Shown here in pieces: positions 11,932 to 26,042 of a DNA stretch of 64,000 bases; position 1 is the stretch's first letter; each line of letters opens with the position of its first letter. The position numbers were made by a program, and so were the translations under genes. Under the pieces are notes generated by a model. It was not told the origin of the DNA. It worked only from the letters and a program-made list of their open reading frames with translations, and did no database searches. The DNA lies in the NCBI RefSeq assembly GCF_963853765.1, contig NC_088854.1, forward strand, positions 23,312,001-23,376,000, given 5' to 3'. The DNA is from Magallana gigas. Taxonomy: Eukaryota.

Positions 11932-14751
11932 TTAAAGTAAATAAAACTTCGAAGACTAATTGCTGGTCTGTTATTAATATTTCAATTTTTCTAAAATCAA
12001 TGTTACATTCTGTCAGAACAATTTCTTTCGTTGTTGATTGAACGCATTACAAGAAACTTCAAATTAGATCAAACTAAACCTGCTATCAAGAGTAACGTTT
12101 CCTTTAAATAATTTTGAAAAAATTCAATTTAAGAGGACTCGATAATTGTGGCCGTTTTTAGACTGTTTTGATCTCCTTTTAAAGAAAAGATCCGTATAAA
12201 AATATAGAAAATTGACAAAATCTAAAAAATATATAGATATCGTGTTTAATAAATTATAGTTTATAGTTTTCTATATCAAATCTTAAAATTTTTGGTAGAT
12301 TTAATGATTAGATTGTTGACCCTCCAGCCTTTTTAAGAATATTATTAATAATCCTGCTTCAATTTCCAAAAAATTCACATTCAGTATAAACCTTAAAGTG
12401 TACAGACCTCATAGTTATGTTTAAGAATACAATCAGTATATAATTATCTTAACCATTGTTTTTCTTAAATTTTCTCTGGTCGATAAACATATGTTAAATG
12501 TTTTAAATTTGAACTTTATATTCCTATAAAAGTAATACTATTTTACACCACACTCAGCAAGTATTCTTTCAATCATTTGAGTTGCTCTTATGAAAATGTA
12601 GATGATAACCATATAAGGAAACACGTACTATTACTTCACCTCGCCGTCTATGAGATTAATAAAGCCGATAAATAATCCCATCAGTAACAAATCTAATAAG
12701 TTTTCTTTTTTCCCAAGGACTATCAAGTGAGACATTTATTTACAAATTGATGATCTACGTAATTCCTTGTCAAAGAGACCCTACATCTCTTACAATTTTT
12801 AAGGTATTCAATGTATAAAGAAGGGATATTGAACAATTTTAAATCATTTTAAAATAGTTAAATATTTATTGCTAGATAACTATAAAAGTGAAATGAAACA
12901 AATTTACATGACAGACTACATGCAAGAAGCCGGTCATTTTGCACCTTAAATTTTTTTAAAGAGTTATCTCCCCTTGATGGAAAAAGAAAAAAAATTAATT
13001 TTGTCAAAATATCTGCGGTAAATGATTCATTTTATTTCATATTTTGATAAAAAGTTTATGCATGTATTAACCAAGAGAGTTTTACGAATTATAAGTTACT
13101 TTTTACAATATCTTAATAAAACATAAGTTGCCCATAGACTTCAATGCAAAATTAAAGGTGTAGTTAGTTTGACCATAATTAAATTTTGAAAATTCCTTTG
13201 GTGGAGTATTTTTATTTGATAACACCTTCAAAATGATACATGTTGTATCATGATTAAGAAAATCAGACCATTCATTTATTAGGTACAAAATGTGGTCATT
13301 ATACATTGAATACCTTAACAATAAAAAATTTCATTCTCACCTTCCAAATACGCTTTTAAAATCTCTTTTTACAATTTTATTCACGTTTACTGTTTTGTTT
13401 CTATTTGATTTTGAACGTTTTCTCTTCTTTTATCGGCAAAGTAGAGGTTTAAACAATTCTAGATGTTAACTTTTTCTATGCTCTGGACTTCGCAAAGTGA
13501 TGTAAGTTTAAAGGGCAACTACTCAAATATTTACAAGTAATTATTATAATCAATAACTACTAATGAACGAATACGAAACATGGTTTATATAGAAGATAAT
13601 ATGAAAAGTCGTGATAAGTAGGCAAATTTCCCTAAGTAATTTCTCACTAATATTTGAATACAATTATCATTGATACTAAGAATTGATCTTTTAGATAGGG
13701 GTGCCATGCAGATGCGCGTGAAATATCTCTAAATATTTTTTCTTTAGGGAGGGGGGGTGGGCAAATAGTGTAAAAAAAAAACTGTTTACTCTTGCAAATA
13801 AAGAATAGCAACCAAAACTTTTCACACAATTTTCTTAATAGCTAAATAGTCATTTGAAAAATGGATGCCTTTTGGATGCACAATAAGGTTTCGGAAATAA
13901 GATTTTCATTCAGGGGTCTATGAAATGCTAAAAGAATTACGTTTATTCTTTTTTAAAAACGGTTCTCAAAGTTCCTTTTACCAATTTAACAATAAACTTA
14001 TCTCTTAAAACATGAATAAGGTTGTCTTGAAAATTCGAAATAACTTTTTGGAAACTCAATTTTTAATTTGGAAGTCAAATAGTAAGCATGAATACAATAT
14101 GTAAGGGTGTCTTCATCCAGGGATCAATTACATGCGTAAAATTGACATTTTTACACAAACGCTAGGTACCATAACTCCTCTTAGATTTTACACAGCAGTT
14201 AAACTATTGAAAGATCATGCCTGGTTTAAAGGACTCAGGGTCTTTTCTTACAATTTTACAATAGTAGAATCATCTTTTTATTGGTATTGTTCTCTGTATG
14301 TGCTATATTTCTCGAGAAAAGTGTTAACTTAAACTCGGTTAGAGTTTACGTCAACCGTAAGTACGTACACGTAATTAGTCAAATGTACAGTAAACCTTAT
14401 CATTAATTGTGATCTGTTTTCAAACACTTCCATATTTCCAAATCGTGCGATCTTGACCTTTCTGAATTATGTAGCTTACATGTTTGTACAAAAATATCTC
14501 TAACAAGATTGTCAAGTTGTTTTTCTTTCTAAGATATCCGAGATGTGTCATGTTTTAATGATTCAGATTACAATACCTCTATCACATTAAACATTAACAC
14601 TTATTGAATACTGTCCTTAAAGGATATTTGAAATATTATGTAATTCACGCGAAGAAGTATGTACTAGCATACATTATTGCAAGAAAGAACAAACTCTTGA
14701 TGTATAGCATGACAATTTTTTTTTATTAGTAGGATTGCAAAACTGTCACAA

Positions 14752-17700
14752 CTATCTTTGAATATAGATGTTGAGAACATCAGCTCTTCCAAACTCTAAA
14801 AAAGAAAACAATTTCAATGTAATATTTAAAATTGAAAAAAATTAAATTCCATGTAGGATATGTAAATACGTTCATTAAATTGACGTGCAAGTTCATATTT
14901 GGCAGACTAAAGAAATATTTTTCAGTAGATTTATTTCAAAAACGCTAGTTCCTGTCTGAATAAACATATTTCCTTACACATTCTGAACAAACAAATGATT
15001 TCAGCAAATTCCTCGGACATTTTTAATTAATTTTTTTTCATTATATTTCCTCCAGAAATTGTTTTTAACATCATTGCAAATCCCGTTAAGTGAAGTAATG
15101 AATGTCGATGGTTAACATATTTAATTAAACAATAACAATGCACTTAACTTTGTGGTCGATTTTAAATGGGAGTAAGTGTCAAGAGAAGCAAAAAAACATC
15201 AGAAGTAAATCGTCTGAAGAATTATAATAATAAGTATTTCCGTAGAATGGATTAGAAAATGAGGCCAATCAGTCCAAAACTAGCTCAAGTTATTTTGCAC
15301 TTTAAATTTTAAGTAAATGTATACTGTCAACATTTCTAAAGGCCCATTTTTAATCATCTTTATTGTAAAAAAAAGTATCAGCAGTTTTAAAATCATTGCC
15401 ACTATCGTCATATGTTGAGTTGTTCATGTCAACTTCATGAGATGTTTTTCTGATGTGTTTTTTCAAAACGACTCGATTCGCTAGGTTCTCTGCTTTTAAC
15501 TGCTTATCAAAAACATAAAACCAATTGAACCTCCAAGACCAGTAGCCGTGATCCATGTGGTTTACGATATGTTTTTTTATGTCTCATAATATTTCCTTTA
15601 TTTACTAATAATCTTTAAAAATTATGTCCAAACAGTAAAATTGCTACTCAAAGTTCATGGTATTTATCCCAGACTGCTAGAGTTTTTTAAAGACACCACA
15701 AAAATCATTCTGAGGCTTGTTTGGAAATTCGATACAATCAAAAGTCTTGAGGACCTACCATGAAGGTTTAAAGGTCACGTAAAGACAAGTCAATATGACC
15801 GCTAGATTACATGTAGGATCACTCGCTTTTCTGATAGACACCTAATAGCTCGCGAAACTGCACGGCACACTTTTGAAAAACATTCATTGCCTGTATGTTA
15901 TGGACGAAATAAACCCGCTAGTGAGACAGGTCCTCTGCATCAGAATTTAAAGGGAATCACCTTCCCAAAGGATTTTATTTAGTTGTGGCATCTCTCTCTA
16001 TGAAAAGCTGTTATTATAATGTAAAACGCACTAGGTTGAATGTTGTAATTGTTCGATCGTAGTGTTCGTTTATCTTTTTTGTCTTATAAAGCCCTTAAAT
16101 AAAGTTGAGGGTTTTTTTTAAAACTAAATAAATGCTTTTTAAATTCGCTTTTCTTCATACTTACTTGTCCTGGTCAAAATGATTAAATTTAGAAACAAAG
16201 TAATATAAACATTTGCCTCGGGTGTTAAAAATTTTGTATATGAGGGACTGTAGCATTCAGAAAATTTTAATTTTTTGCCACAAAGCCACAGTCTTTAAAA
16301 TGAGTGTACTTGTTGCAAAGATTTTGTAAATATATAAACTACTTAGTAAAAATCTCACTCTTGTTGTTCCATATTGTTGATTTCCCCTGCTTGGCGTACA
16401 AAAACTGAGGGTATGTCTTTTGCTTCTCCCACTGACATGGTTTGGAGCCAATGGAATCAGCTACAACTAACCACCCTTCGTCACCCGGACAGCCATGGTA
16501 TTTCTTGTTGATGAAGAAATGTCTTCCATGTCTAGTTTCTCTAGATTTGATATATTGATTGAACAAAATAAAATGATGACTTAATTCGTACACAACCCTT
16601 ACCAAAATATTGAACTTCTGGCAACACATTATGGCATTATTGCAGCAATATTGCAGCAACATTCTGGCAATACATTGCGGCAATGTTGCTGTTGCGACAA
16701 TACCTTTACGGTATTCACGTAAAACATGAGTTGGGGGGGTGTGATTCAAACAGTCTTTTATAGTGAAACATCGTAACCATGCATAACAGTTATATGCGAT
16801 TGAAGGGAATATCATTGGATTTTTAATTGAGACTTTCTAAGAATAAGACTTTAATTATAAAATATTTATTTGATTTCGTTTTTTCGACTTATTATTATTT
16901 TTTGGGAAAAATATACAAAAGCAGTTCATGCAATTTTAATTGACAGTTTTAGACTTGTGCTGAATGTGTTAAATCTTATAAGTTTAAATTCTGGTAAAGC
17001 TTTTGCAAGCTCAGTAAGCATAATCAATCAGAGAAAAAAGAAAAGTTTGTGGTAAACTTCTGGCAAATTTTGAGGTGTTATAATTTTAAATCATATCTAA
17101 ATAATTGACAATTTGTTAACCCCCCCTCCACTGCTTGGCTTCTCCTTAAATTAAAATGTTTATTATTGTTCGAAAAATTAAAATGAAATTTTTATTGTAT
17201 TACTTATGCATTTATTTTTTTTCAATTAAGTACGTGGTTTAATTTAAATGCATGTTTGCATTCTGATCAGAGAAGATTTGACACGAATTATTTCGAGCTG
17301 GAATGAAGCTTGTTATAATTAATGCAGAAATCAAATATGATGCCTAGCAGCATTGCCAGAATTATATATTATGTATAGATTAATTACTTCATGATTTTAA
17401 ATGATCAAATACATGTAGATGTTACCAGAAAATTATTTCTGGCAGTATGATACTGAGTATTGCCAGAATATTACCAGAAGTCGTTGCAGCTAGTGGCAAT
17501 ATTCTAGGTGCATGTTAATAGAATTTTTTTACAGAAATAACTCTAATAGTATTGCCAGAATGTTGCCAGAAGTTATTGCCGTTATCGGCAACACTCCAGT
17601 AGTATTGCCAAAATGTTACCAGAAGTTGTTGCAGCTAGCGGCAACATTTCACTAGTCTCAAAATCTGGTTTTTGGTAACAAAAATGTGTTGCTGCAATAT

Positions 17701-19858
17701 TGCCGCAATATTGCCGCAATAATTTTACTTTGGTAAGGGAATATAAAAATACATGACTGTAAATGAAATCTTATACAGACACTCCACAACTGGAAGTTTG
17801 TAGAGAAGTTTTGATTCTTACTTGTCAACTGAGAAAAAATTATAAGAACCACTTTTCTGCATGTCGGTCCAGCTTGTTTTTATAATCCTGTTGTTGTGAA
17901 ACCAATTTAAATAGTTTGAACCTCGACCGTCAAATTCAATGAAGGCCATGGTTTTACCCTGGGTGTTCAACTCAATCTTGACCTGTAAACTCAAATAATG
18001 AATTTCTCACAAGTTCCTGCTTCCAACATTTTTTACGTAATATCTCGATAATTATAAATACCTTTGCTACAAAACTACATCCATGCGTTCAATAGAATGA
18101 AAAAAAACAAAGTACTGAAGTACTGACGGGAGTTGATTTTATATCGATTATCATTTATTCAAAATCAACGATATGTGATTTTGCATGGCAAGACGTATCA
18201 GTAATCGAAATATTTCTGAGAAATGGTATGGATCCAGGCAAGGTTGAACTCTTGTCTTGTTCAACCAAACGCTCGGCTGTCTCCGTTCATATCCGACAAG
18301 CAAGAGAGACTCTGTTTTGTCGGATATTAACGGAGGCAGCCAAACGTCTGGTTGAACGAGACTACATCGAACTCTGGCGTAGGAATACATACGACTTTTA
18401 AAAAATCTAAACTGTTTGTACAATTTAAAATCTTACTATTTTCATGGTATTAATAAATAAGTTTTCTTGAAAAACAATGCTTCTGAATACATAGCATCGA
18501 ATTTACCGATTATTTTCAAGAACTAAGTGTTGTCAGCGGTATTGATTTGTGCTTAGGTCCAAACACTGTTTCACTTTCGCTTTGCCCGAGTAAGTGCATA
18601 GGAGAGTTGATTAAAATCAACTCCCAAAAAGTTTAGACTATCTTTTTTGAACCGCCACCTCTACCGTTTCAGGTTTCAAAAGCCAACCAAAAATAGAGAG
18701 TCCACGGGGATTTTGCAAACGACATGAAAGTACCCTGGATGATAACGTTAAGAAATTGTGCGAGGTGTCCCGAGTACTTTCGAATGGAGAAAAGATCTCA
18801 ACATTTCCAATTTTGAATTTCTGTACGATGTTTGTTTTCTTTCTTGTTAAATTCTCCGGGTAATTACAGATGATGTATAGATGAAGAAATCTTGGATAAG
18901 TGATAGAAGATTGTGACATATTTAGCAGCAATATATCGTTTAGTTTCATAATTTTAAGAACATTCTTTATATATCATATTATCTAGACATACAACTGTAT
19001 AACATTTTAAACTAGCAGTATGAATAAATAAAAGATGTTTTAAAATGGCCTCATGCATACATGTTGAAGATAAACCATTCATGGCTTTTAACTTTTTTTT
19101 CAAGAACGTCCTTGTGTGCATTTTTCGACATGATCAAGTTATGATTTAGTGCATTCATATAAAATGTAAGTCATGGTCAAAATTACATACAAAATAATAG
19201 TTGGTAAGAAATTATAATACTTAATTGTATTGACATGTCTTTGACTTTTTAAAATGCAATCGAATGCAATTTTAACAGTGTTTAGTTTTAAGAAACGACC
19301 GTCTGTTCAAATACGTAAAATCATAATGTTAATAATTTCATGATTAGTCGCAACTTTATTTTCCAGAAACTCTAAGATGCGACTTTACCTTCTTAATATT
19401 CAGACAACTCCAAAAGTCAATGTAGGGGCTCCTTAAAGTTTTCATAGTTGTTTTATATTTTTCCATTCTGGCGTTAGGCGGAAGACAGCCATTTTTCATC
19501 GAACACGGACATATTCCAGACATGATGTCACAATTATTGTGTTTGGTTTTCCATGATTTTAAAAACTGTTCTCCATTACCACTCGGTGCATGAAAAATTA
19601 GTTCCCAATCTCCTTGAGAAATAGTTATATTGAATTATATTCTGAATTAAAACCGAATGGGTTATTTCATAAAACACAAGAATATAAGCACTTATTTGTA
19701 TTTAAACAAATTACAAACGTCTTAGACTGATTTATATGAATATTATTGTAGTTGTAAAAAAATATAATACCTTTGCAAGGGGAATGTTTAGTGGATAATC
19801 CCGATCCCAGCATCACAAACAAAATACAAGTCATACAAAAAACAAAAGCCATTTTCAC
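14752..19858 (-). CDS. Uncharacterised predicted secreted protein, 5 exons, 232 aa (family copy 2)
   Basis: Exons 19771-19858 (MKMAFVFCMTCILFVMLGSGLSTKHSPCK, signal-like), 19389-19612 (GDWELIFHAPSGNG..WSCLNIKK), 17822-17982 (VKIELNTQG..FDGRGSNYLNWF..SWTDM), 16359-16540 (HGRHFFINKKYHGCPGDEGWLVV..YPQFLY), 14752-14795 (KFGRADVLNIYIQR*). All junctions GT-AG, phases 1,0,2,1; total 699 nt, frame closed. Confidence 0.88.
16596..17739. mobile_element. Probable non-autonomous DNA transposon with internal 11-12-bp TATTGCCAGAA/TATTGCAGCAA repeats, in intron 3 of copy 2
   Basis: CCCTTACCAAA (16596-16606) and TTTGGTAAGGG (17729-17739) are inverted; short degenerate repeat arrays at 16620-16690 and 17440-17720. 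No clear TSD. Confidence 0.55.
18109..18631 (-). mobile_element. Helentron-associated non-autonomous element (HINE-like), copy 1
   Basis: Near-identical reverse complement of 43482-44000. Subterminal IRs GGGAGTTGATTTTA (18128-18141) and TAAAATCAACTCCC (18612-18625), a local inverted repeat at one end, and an AGTAC-N4-GTACT stem-loop plus T run at the other. Confidence 0.72.
18640..18950 (-). repeat. Dispersed ~320-bp repeat family member
   Basis: Reverse complement shares GGAAATGTT(G/A)A(C/G)ATCTTTT, CAATTT..TTATCATCC and CAAAATC(C/T)CCGT(A/G)GACT with 30280-30600 and 63400-64000. Confidence 0.7.
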
Positions 19859-21076
19859 TGTGGTTTGTTTTTAAATCTAAAAATCAAAGTACATGAAAAT
19901 AGAATAAAGGTATAAGAATAAAATCTCAATAAAAATTATTGTTATGGAAAATGGTATAATTTAAAGAGCAATTTAAATGTCATACACATGCAAGTCATAC
20001 ACATGCAAGATTTTACAAGAAGTGAGAAGATTGATTTTTGTTTTTAGGTTTTTATTGCTGAGTTTAAATATTACGTTTCACGAATGCGATGCCGACATTA
20101 AAATGAAATCAAATCCCATCTGTTTTAATACGCACTATTAGAGGTAACCCCATTTTCTTATCAATGAAATGATAACATCAACATGTAAACGAAGTGGACG
20201 GATAATTTTACAATTTTATGTTGTTACGTTTAAAATATATAACGTTCTACAAAATTAAATTTAGAAATAGCAACAACTTATTGTCTGCATTATATTTATA
20301 AGACCTATAGACAGCCGGTTGAACACATCTTGTTACAAAAACTTTTTTTTTTAAATCATCGTATAAACTTTACATAGAATTTTTTTAAATAAACGCAAAT
20401 TTTTGCAAATAAGTACGAAATTTACTCAGAGTCATGGGTAAATTATCTGAGTTTTACGTCAAACTTCAATTATTGATCACGTGTTTTTGTGATAAACGCA
20501 AAAATGATTATATATTTAATTTTTTTGCATTTTAAAATTAATTATATTGGTTCCACTTTGACGCCATCTGTAAAAATATACAGATTTTACAGCGAGTGAA
20601 ATCTTATCAACTGATTTTTAAATTATAATATCAAAACAGGTATTATCAAGTGAATTGTTTTTAATTAGTGATATGTCTAGTCGGTAAAATGTTATGTCCC
20701 TTAACTCTTATAAAATATCTTAAATTGGCCAAAAAAATAATTCTAAAGTCTTTAAAACACTTCTGAACATAAATGTGTCATATTTCTTTCATATATTCAT
20801 AACTTTTTACATGTATTACGAAAGATCATTTTTTGAAAAATAAACCCATATGTCCGTTTGCCCTCAACTATATAACTGTTCAGAATAAATTCTACGCTTG
20901 CATACATGTATGTTTATTTACCATTGTTATTTTAAAGTATATACTTATTTTAATCATTTTCAGGCTAAATTATTTAATTATCTTGAATTATTATGTATTT
21001 AACATGATTTCCTAACACCAGAAACGTTAACGCCGCTAGCGATTCACTTCTATAATAATTATTTCACTTCTCTTAA

Positions 21077-22642
21077 AGGACATATCGCATGTTTCTAAAG
21101 TATACGACATTTTACATTTTTTGGCTTCCTTGTGTATCTAATAATTACTCCTAATAGTTTGTTAACGGTATAAAAGCGGTAATTAGCCATAATATCAATT
21201 TAAATTATAGCCCCGATCGTTTAAAAACTCGTTAATTAGATAGCGTGTCACGTGGTACAGTGACGTCACATGCGACCTTCTTCGAATTGTAAACAAATTG
21301 TAGGGTTAGCATTATCTTCTTTAAATTTTGACATTCATTCACCATGTAAGTTATTTTTTTTTACATGCTGACTAAATTAAAAGAATCTTATTATTCAGTC
21401 GTACATGTTTGAGCCACCAGTGCTGATAAAATACGATGATATAGCCGAAGAAGCGACGATGAAGTCGGCAATAACGATCAAATTTATCGACGTGTAAACA
21501 TTGTAAACACAACTTAGTAAGGATTGTAGCTCAAATAAATCTGATAAAGGTGTTTATTTATTAAAATCTACAACAGTCTTGGTTTTTGGCGTTCCTAACG
21601 ACTCAGAATGTTCATTATTGTAAAACTGTGGTGCACAAGAAGTTTGTTTCTTCGGCAGTAACTGATCACAACTTTCTAAGGTTGTTTACTCTATATTACA
21701 CTGGATTATAAAAGCAAGCAAGAACGTTTTCCTTAATTATTGTTTATTTCTGTAAGATCCCATCTCCGTATTTTTTTTATCCATGTACGTATAAATGTAT
21801 ATCAACAAACTTTGTCTATTTCTTGCGTAAACAATCAATATCGACAACTCGATCCATGACTTCTCCCACAAAAAATAAAACTCATAGAAATCTCACCTCC
21901 CGTACTAAAATTATGATTTCTGCAGAGGTGAACTACATGTATGAATGAAGAAATCATGTATACAAAACCAATGCATACATGAACGTATAGTTTAACAATA
22001 AGAAAAAGAAAACAGCTAATGAAGCGAGGCGGTATCCAAAATGGCGTCCCCTCTCGTTATTTTTCTCCGATGAACTTGCGTTTTGTACACAGGCCCCTTT
22101 GCATAAACTTTTATTTTTTTCTTTTTGAGAAATGAATAAGATTTATTTATGAAACTATAATTACAAAAATGTACCATATAATTAATAATATATGAATTGA
22201 ATGTTTATTTATAAATCCTCTCGTCGACAGATAGACCCCTATTTGTCGAAGGATTTCCGCATACTTTCGTAAGGGAAACTTAAACAAACAACAGTTCAAA
22301 TCCCCATTTTCGGTGGCTAAATCACCCGCAGGAGGCACAGAACACCATCATGTCCCGTTATCGACAATTTAATAGGTGATAATTAGTTTAATTGTCGTTT
22401 AAATCTAATCCAATTACTAAGATGGCTAACAGCACCTTCTCGCTCGAGGTCGCATATGACGTCACACATCATGGCGGGTAGATCGAGAGAGAAAATATGC
22501 ATATCGCGACATTTGAATTTCATCGCTTTCAAACTCACGAATTAGGCAGAATATTTTATGAAAACGTTAATAAACTTGATAATGAGTATAGAATGATTTT
22601 ATTTAAAAAATTCCAAAAATTGAAAAACATGCGATATGTCCT
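21077..22642. mobile_element. Kolobok-type DNA transposon, internally deleted derivative
   Basis: TTAA|AGGACATATCGCATGTTT ... AAACATGCGATATGTCCT|TTAA (18-bp TIR). GTGACGTCAC-type motifs near both ends. Weak decayed coding traces: LFKFP..RQI..RRED (THAP-like, minus, ~22190-22330) and QSYMFEPP (plus, ~21395). Confidence 0.8.
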
Positions 22643-25600
22643 TTAAGAATCGTTGATTAGTATTGTTTTGCTCATCGTTCGGTAAAAATTGGTTTTGTGA
22701 GTATCAATAAAAATTTCAAATATCGGGACAGCATAAGATTTTAATTCTTAAAATGTAATTTTATCTTAAGCAAATTTTTTTCCCAGTCCGTTGAATATCA
22801 AGCCTTAATAACATATTGTTTCGAAGTTGGAGGGACTGACATATCCAAGAAATTTGAAAACTAAAATTCGTAATTTATGGGCTTGGGGTAGCAAAGAGTT
22901 TCCCATACATCAAACATCTGTGCAGTACACATATTAAAAACGACTTACAAACACATTTTGTAAAATATTTGTCTAGATCTGTTTCAGTTTTTAAAAGTCT
23001 TATTTTGATACATTTACTTACCCAATTTTATTTTAGTTTACATCCCTTTTTGTTTCAAAAACCTATATATGTTCTAGAATTTATAAAAAATGCAATTTGT
23101 CCTTTTTGGATCTCGTTCATTTATTTATTTCACTTTGTCACACGTGTTAAGGGTATTAACTCACGGCTATGACGTGTTATCTTTTATATTATTTAACACA
23201 CATGACTTTAAATTGTAGAAATCAAATTCAAGTATGTAGCAGATTTTCATCATCACTTCCTGGTCTGATATGACTAATGCTACATTATGACACCCTGCTT
23301 CACAATTCTATAATGACTTAAAGCTGTATAGTCCAATTTAGAGCGTAAAAATTGTTTACATAAATTACCATGTATTTAAGATGTAAAACGTAAATCTGTA
23401 AACTGATCGAAATTGAAAGGAAAAAAAACTTTAATGACACATTAATTAGTGTAAAGTCAGTATCAGGGCAGTATAACTGCAAGTTCAAAATCAAATTCCA
23501 CCAAAACCCATGGCCAACATCTTCTTTTAATTTCTTGTCAAGATCTTTGTTTTTTGGAGTTTGGGGGGGGGTGTCTTTTGGAAATGTGTATATGTGTTTT
23601 GTGGTTGTCTAATATTTGATATATATCGTACATATTTATATCAATTCCAAATGATTTGCATTTATGAAGCAACCTTTTATGTTAATCAATTTCACAAAGA
23701 TATAGTATTATTGAAAACTATTGCCATTAGATACAGTCGCCGTGTTTATAATCAATCCGATTAAAACCATCCGATTTTTTCCTCACACTCGTCAGAGTCT
23801 GGCATGAATTGATAAAGAGGTAATCTTCACAGTATCTCTACATTTACATGCAATTCAAATATGACTCAATCAATGATAGGTATGCTTTTGTCTGTTTATG
23901 TTAAAACATGTATACCTATCACACTGAAGGTTGCATAGAAAACAAGCATAAATTCTTTTGTCTATCTCCTTTTGAAGAGTTCAAATATATATTCTTAAGC
24001 AGTGAAAGCACTCCCTTGATTGTTCAGAAGTAAATGTTGTATGAAGATGACCTTCTATCGATCACCTGTTAGATCCTGACGAGTGTAAGAAGAAAGGGGA
24101 TAATTTTAATCAGCTTGTGTTTATAATATAGCCTAATTATCATAAAAGGATTACAAAGACTAATACAATATAATAATGTCATGTACGAAATGTATGGACC
24201 AAGTCTTTGACGAACAAATTATTATACTTTTCGTAAAATTTAATTTTTTATGTTACATGTAAGTCATCCGAGTATACCTTAAGGAGGTTGGCACCTGAAA
24301 TAATAGTAATGTCGATCATCTGAAAACAACTTGGATATAAAGATTGGGACCTAAAATGTTCAGTTTCTCTATTTGTTATCCATGTCACATGCCTTTTTTT
24401 GGAAATATAAGGCCCAAAACAGAAATGATAAATTTCCTGAAATTTTTGCTAAAATTTGAAATGGAAATTGATAATTTGAAGAAATCGAACAAAAATTTAT
24501 AGTTTGAACTATTATTTAGTAATATTTTAATACAGTATGAAGTTGAACACATGTTGTGACTAAAAACGTAAAATCGAAGTCAAAGTTTATATTAAAATTC
24601 CTTGCTTTACTGGTGGCATCAAAGGCCAGTACATAATGAACACAACAACACATGTTACAAAATTTTGAAGTTATCAAATTATAACGCAAAAGACGAAATA
24701 TTTATAGTACAATGTAATGTCATCTTTCCAAAACTTTGCATATAAATAGACATGCATTTAATGTCTCATTAAAAAGTAAAACAAGTAGGGGTCACATCTC
24801 AGAAATTTGAGATATAGCATGAAATAAGCTAATTTTATACCAAAATTGGAGTTAATATTTTATTTACTTCTATGAAATATAAGCTAAATATGCCAAAATA
24901 CATCGATAGAAATCTCAAATTATTGTTTAAATATGATTTTAGAACGTCATGAATATATCATGATACACAAACTATCTAGAAGTTTAGTCTGCGTTGAAAA
25001 TTAGGAAGCTAAAGACACAGTACTCTATAACTAGTGAGTTATGAAAATTGTTCAATATCCTTCTTGAAAACCTTCTGCCACAGAATATAGACCCTTACAA
25101 AACTCTGTAAAATGTAATTTTTAAAAAACAATTTAATTCAATAAAATTATTTGGCATTGTAAAATATAAATAAACTACTAGAATTAATATGTGATGCAGA
25201 ATTTTCAGACTAGAGGTGACCCAAAATGGCTATCCTAAACCTAAGGAGCGAAACCTTTTAAAGCTGCATAAGTTTGGTAAATATAAAACAAGTAAATGGT
25301 CAAAAATTTAAAGAATGTTGTAGCTTAAATAACATAAAGAAATTTGGAGTTAATCTTCTTCTTTTAATTGTTACCGTTTTGTGTAACTGGTACAATAGAT
25401 CATCGGGATTAAAACGTATCATTTGCATGTATACATGTATCATTCCTAAAAACAAAATGTAACAATAAGATAACTTAAACTGAAATTCACCAAATTTTTT
25501 TTATGGAGCATCTGTCTTTTGCATTAGATATGTAGAAAAGTATGTAGGCTGTGAGTTTCTTAGAAAATTTGTTGACTGGTCACTATAGATACATGTATAT

Positions 25601-25669
25601 TTTACGAACTAAAAACAAGCTAGGATCCCACATTCATTTTTTAAGTTTCAATTATGAAGAAAAAACTTT

Positions 25670-25822
25670 NNNNNNNNNNNNNNNNNNNNNNNNNNNNNNN
25701 NNNNNNNNNNNNNNNNNNNNNNNNNNNNNNNNNNNNNNNNNNNNNNNNNNNNNNNNNNNNNNNNNNNNNNNNNNNNNNNNNNNNNNNNNNNNNNNNNNNN
25801 NNNNNNNNNNNNNNNNNNNNNN
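25670..25822. other. Assembly gap (153 N)
   Basis: Run of N. Confidence 1.
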
Positions 25823-25949
25823 TGGAAAAAACATTGTAAGTTTCACTTTTATCCAAATCGGTCCAACTTGAATTTAAGATTCTGCTGTTGTTAAACCAGT
25901 TTAAATAGTTTGAATCTCTTCCATCAAATTCAAGGAAAGCTACTGTGTC
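25823..25949 (-). repeat. 127-bp exact duplicate of part of exon 3 of copy 3 (28810-28936), abutting the gap
   Basis: Identical from TGGAAAAAACATTG to GCTACTGTGTC, then diverges; the splice acceptor is absent. Confidence 0.85.
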
Positions 25950-25988
25950 TATATCTTATCCGACCACTGTGAACTTTTTCTGGATTTA

Positions 25989-25990
<2 letters not shown>

Positions 25991-26038
<48 letters not shown>
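25991..26038. repeat. (TA)n microsatellite
   Basis: About 24 TA units. Confidence 0.98.

Positions 26039-26042
<4 letters not shown>

Noticed and set aside
15350-15570. ORF MDHGYWSWRFNW..DFKTADTFF as an alternative exon 4/5 of copy 2
   Set aside because: Only vague motif resemblance, no convincing acceptor, and the true exon 5 is clear at 14752-14795. Another frame looks like a transmembrane fragment, so it is unassignable.
18151-18423. ORFs inside the HINE copies (also 43650-43976)
   Set aside because: No recognisable motif, and the frame ends differently in the two near-identical copies.
25551-25871. ORFs spanning X runs (also 38913-39302)
   Set aside because: Artefacts of N gaps; only the portions matching real exons were used.
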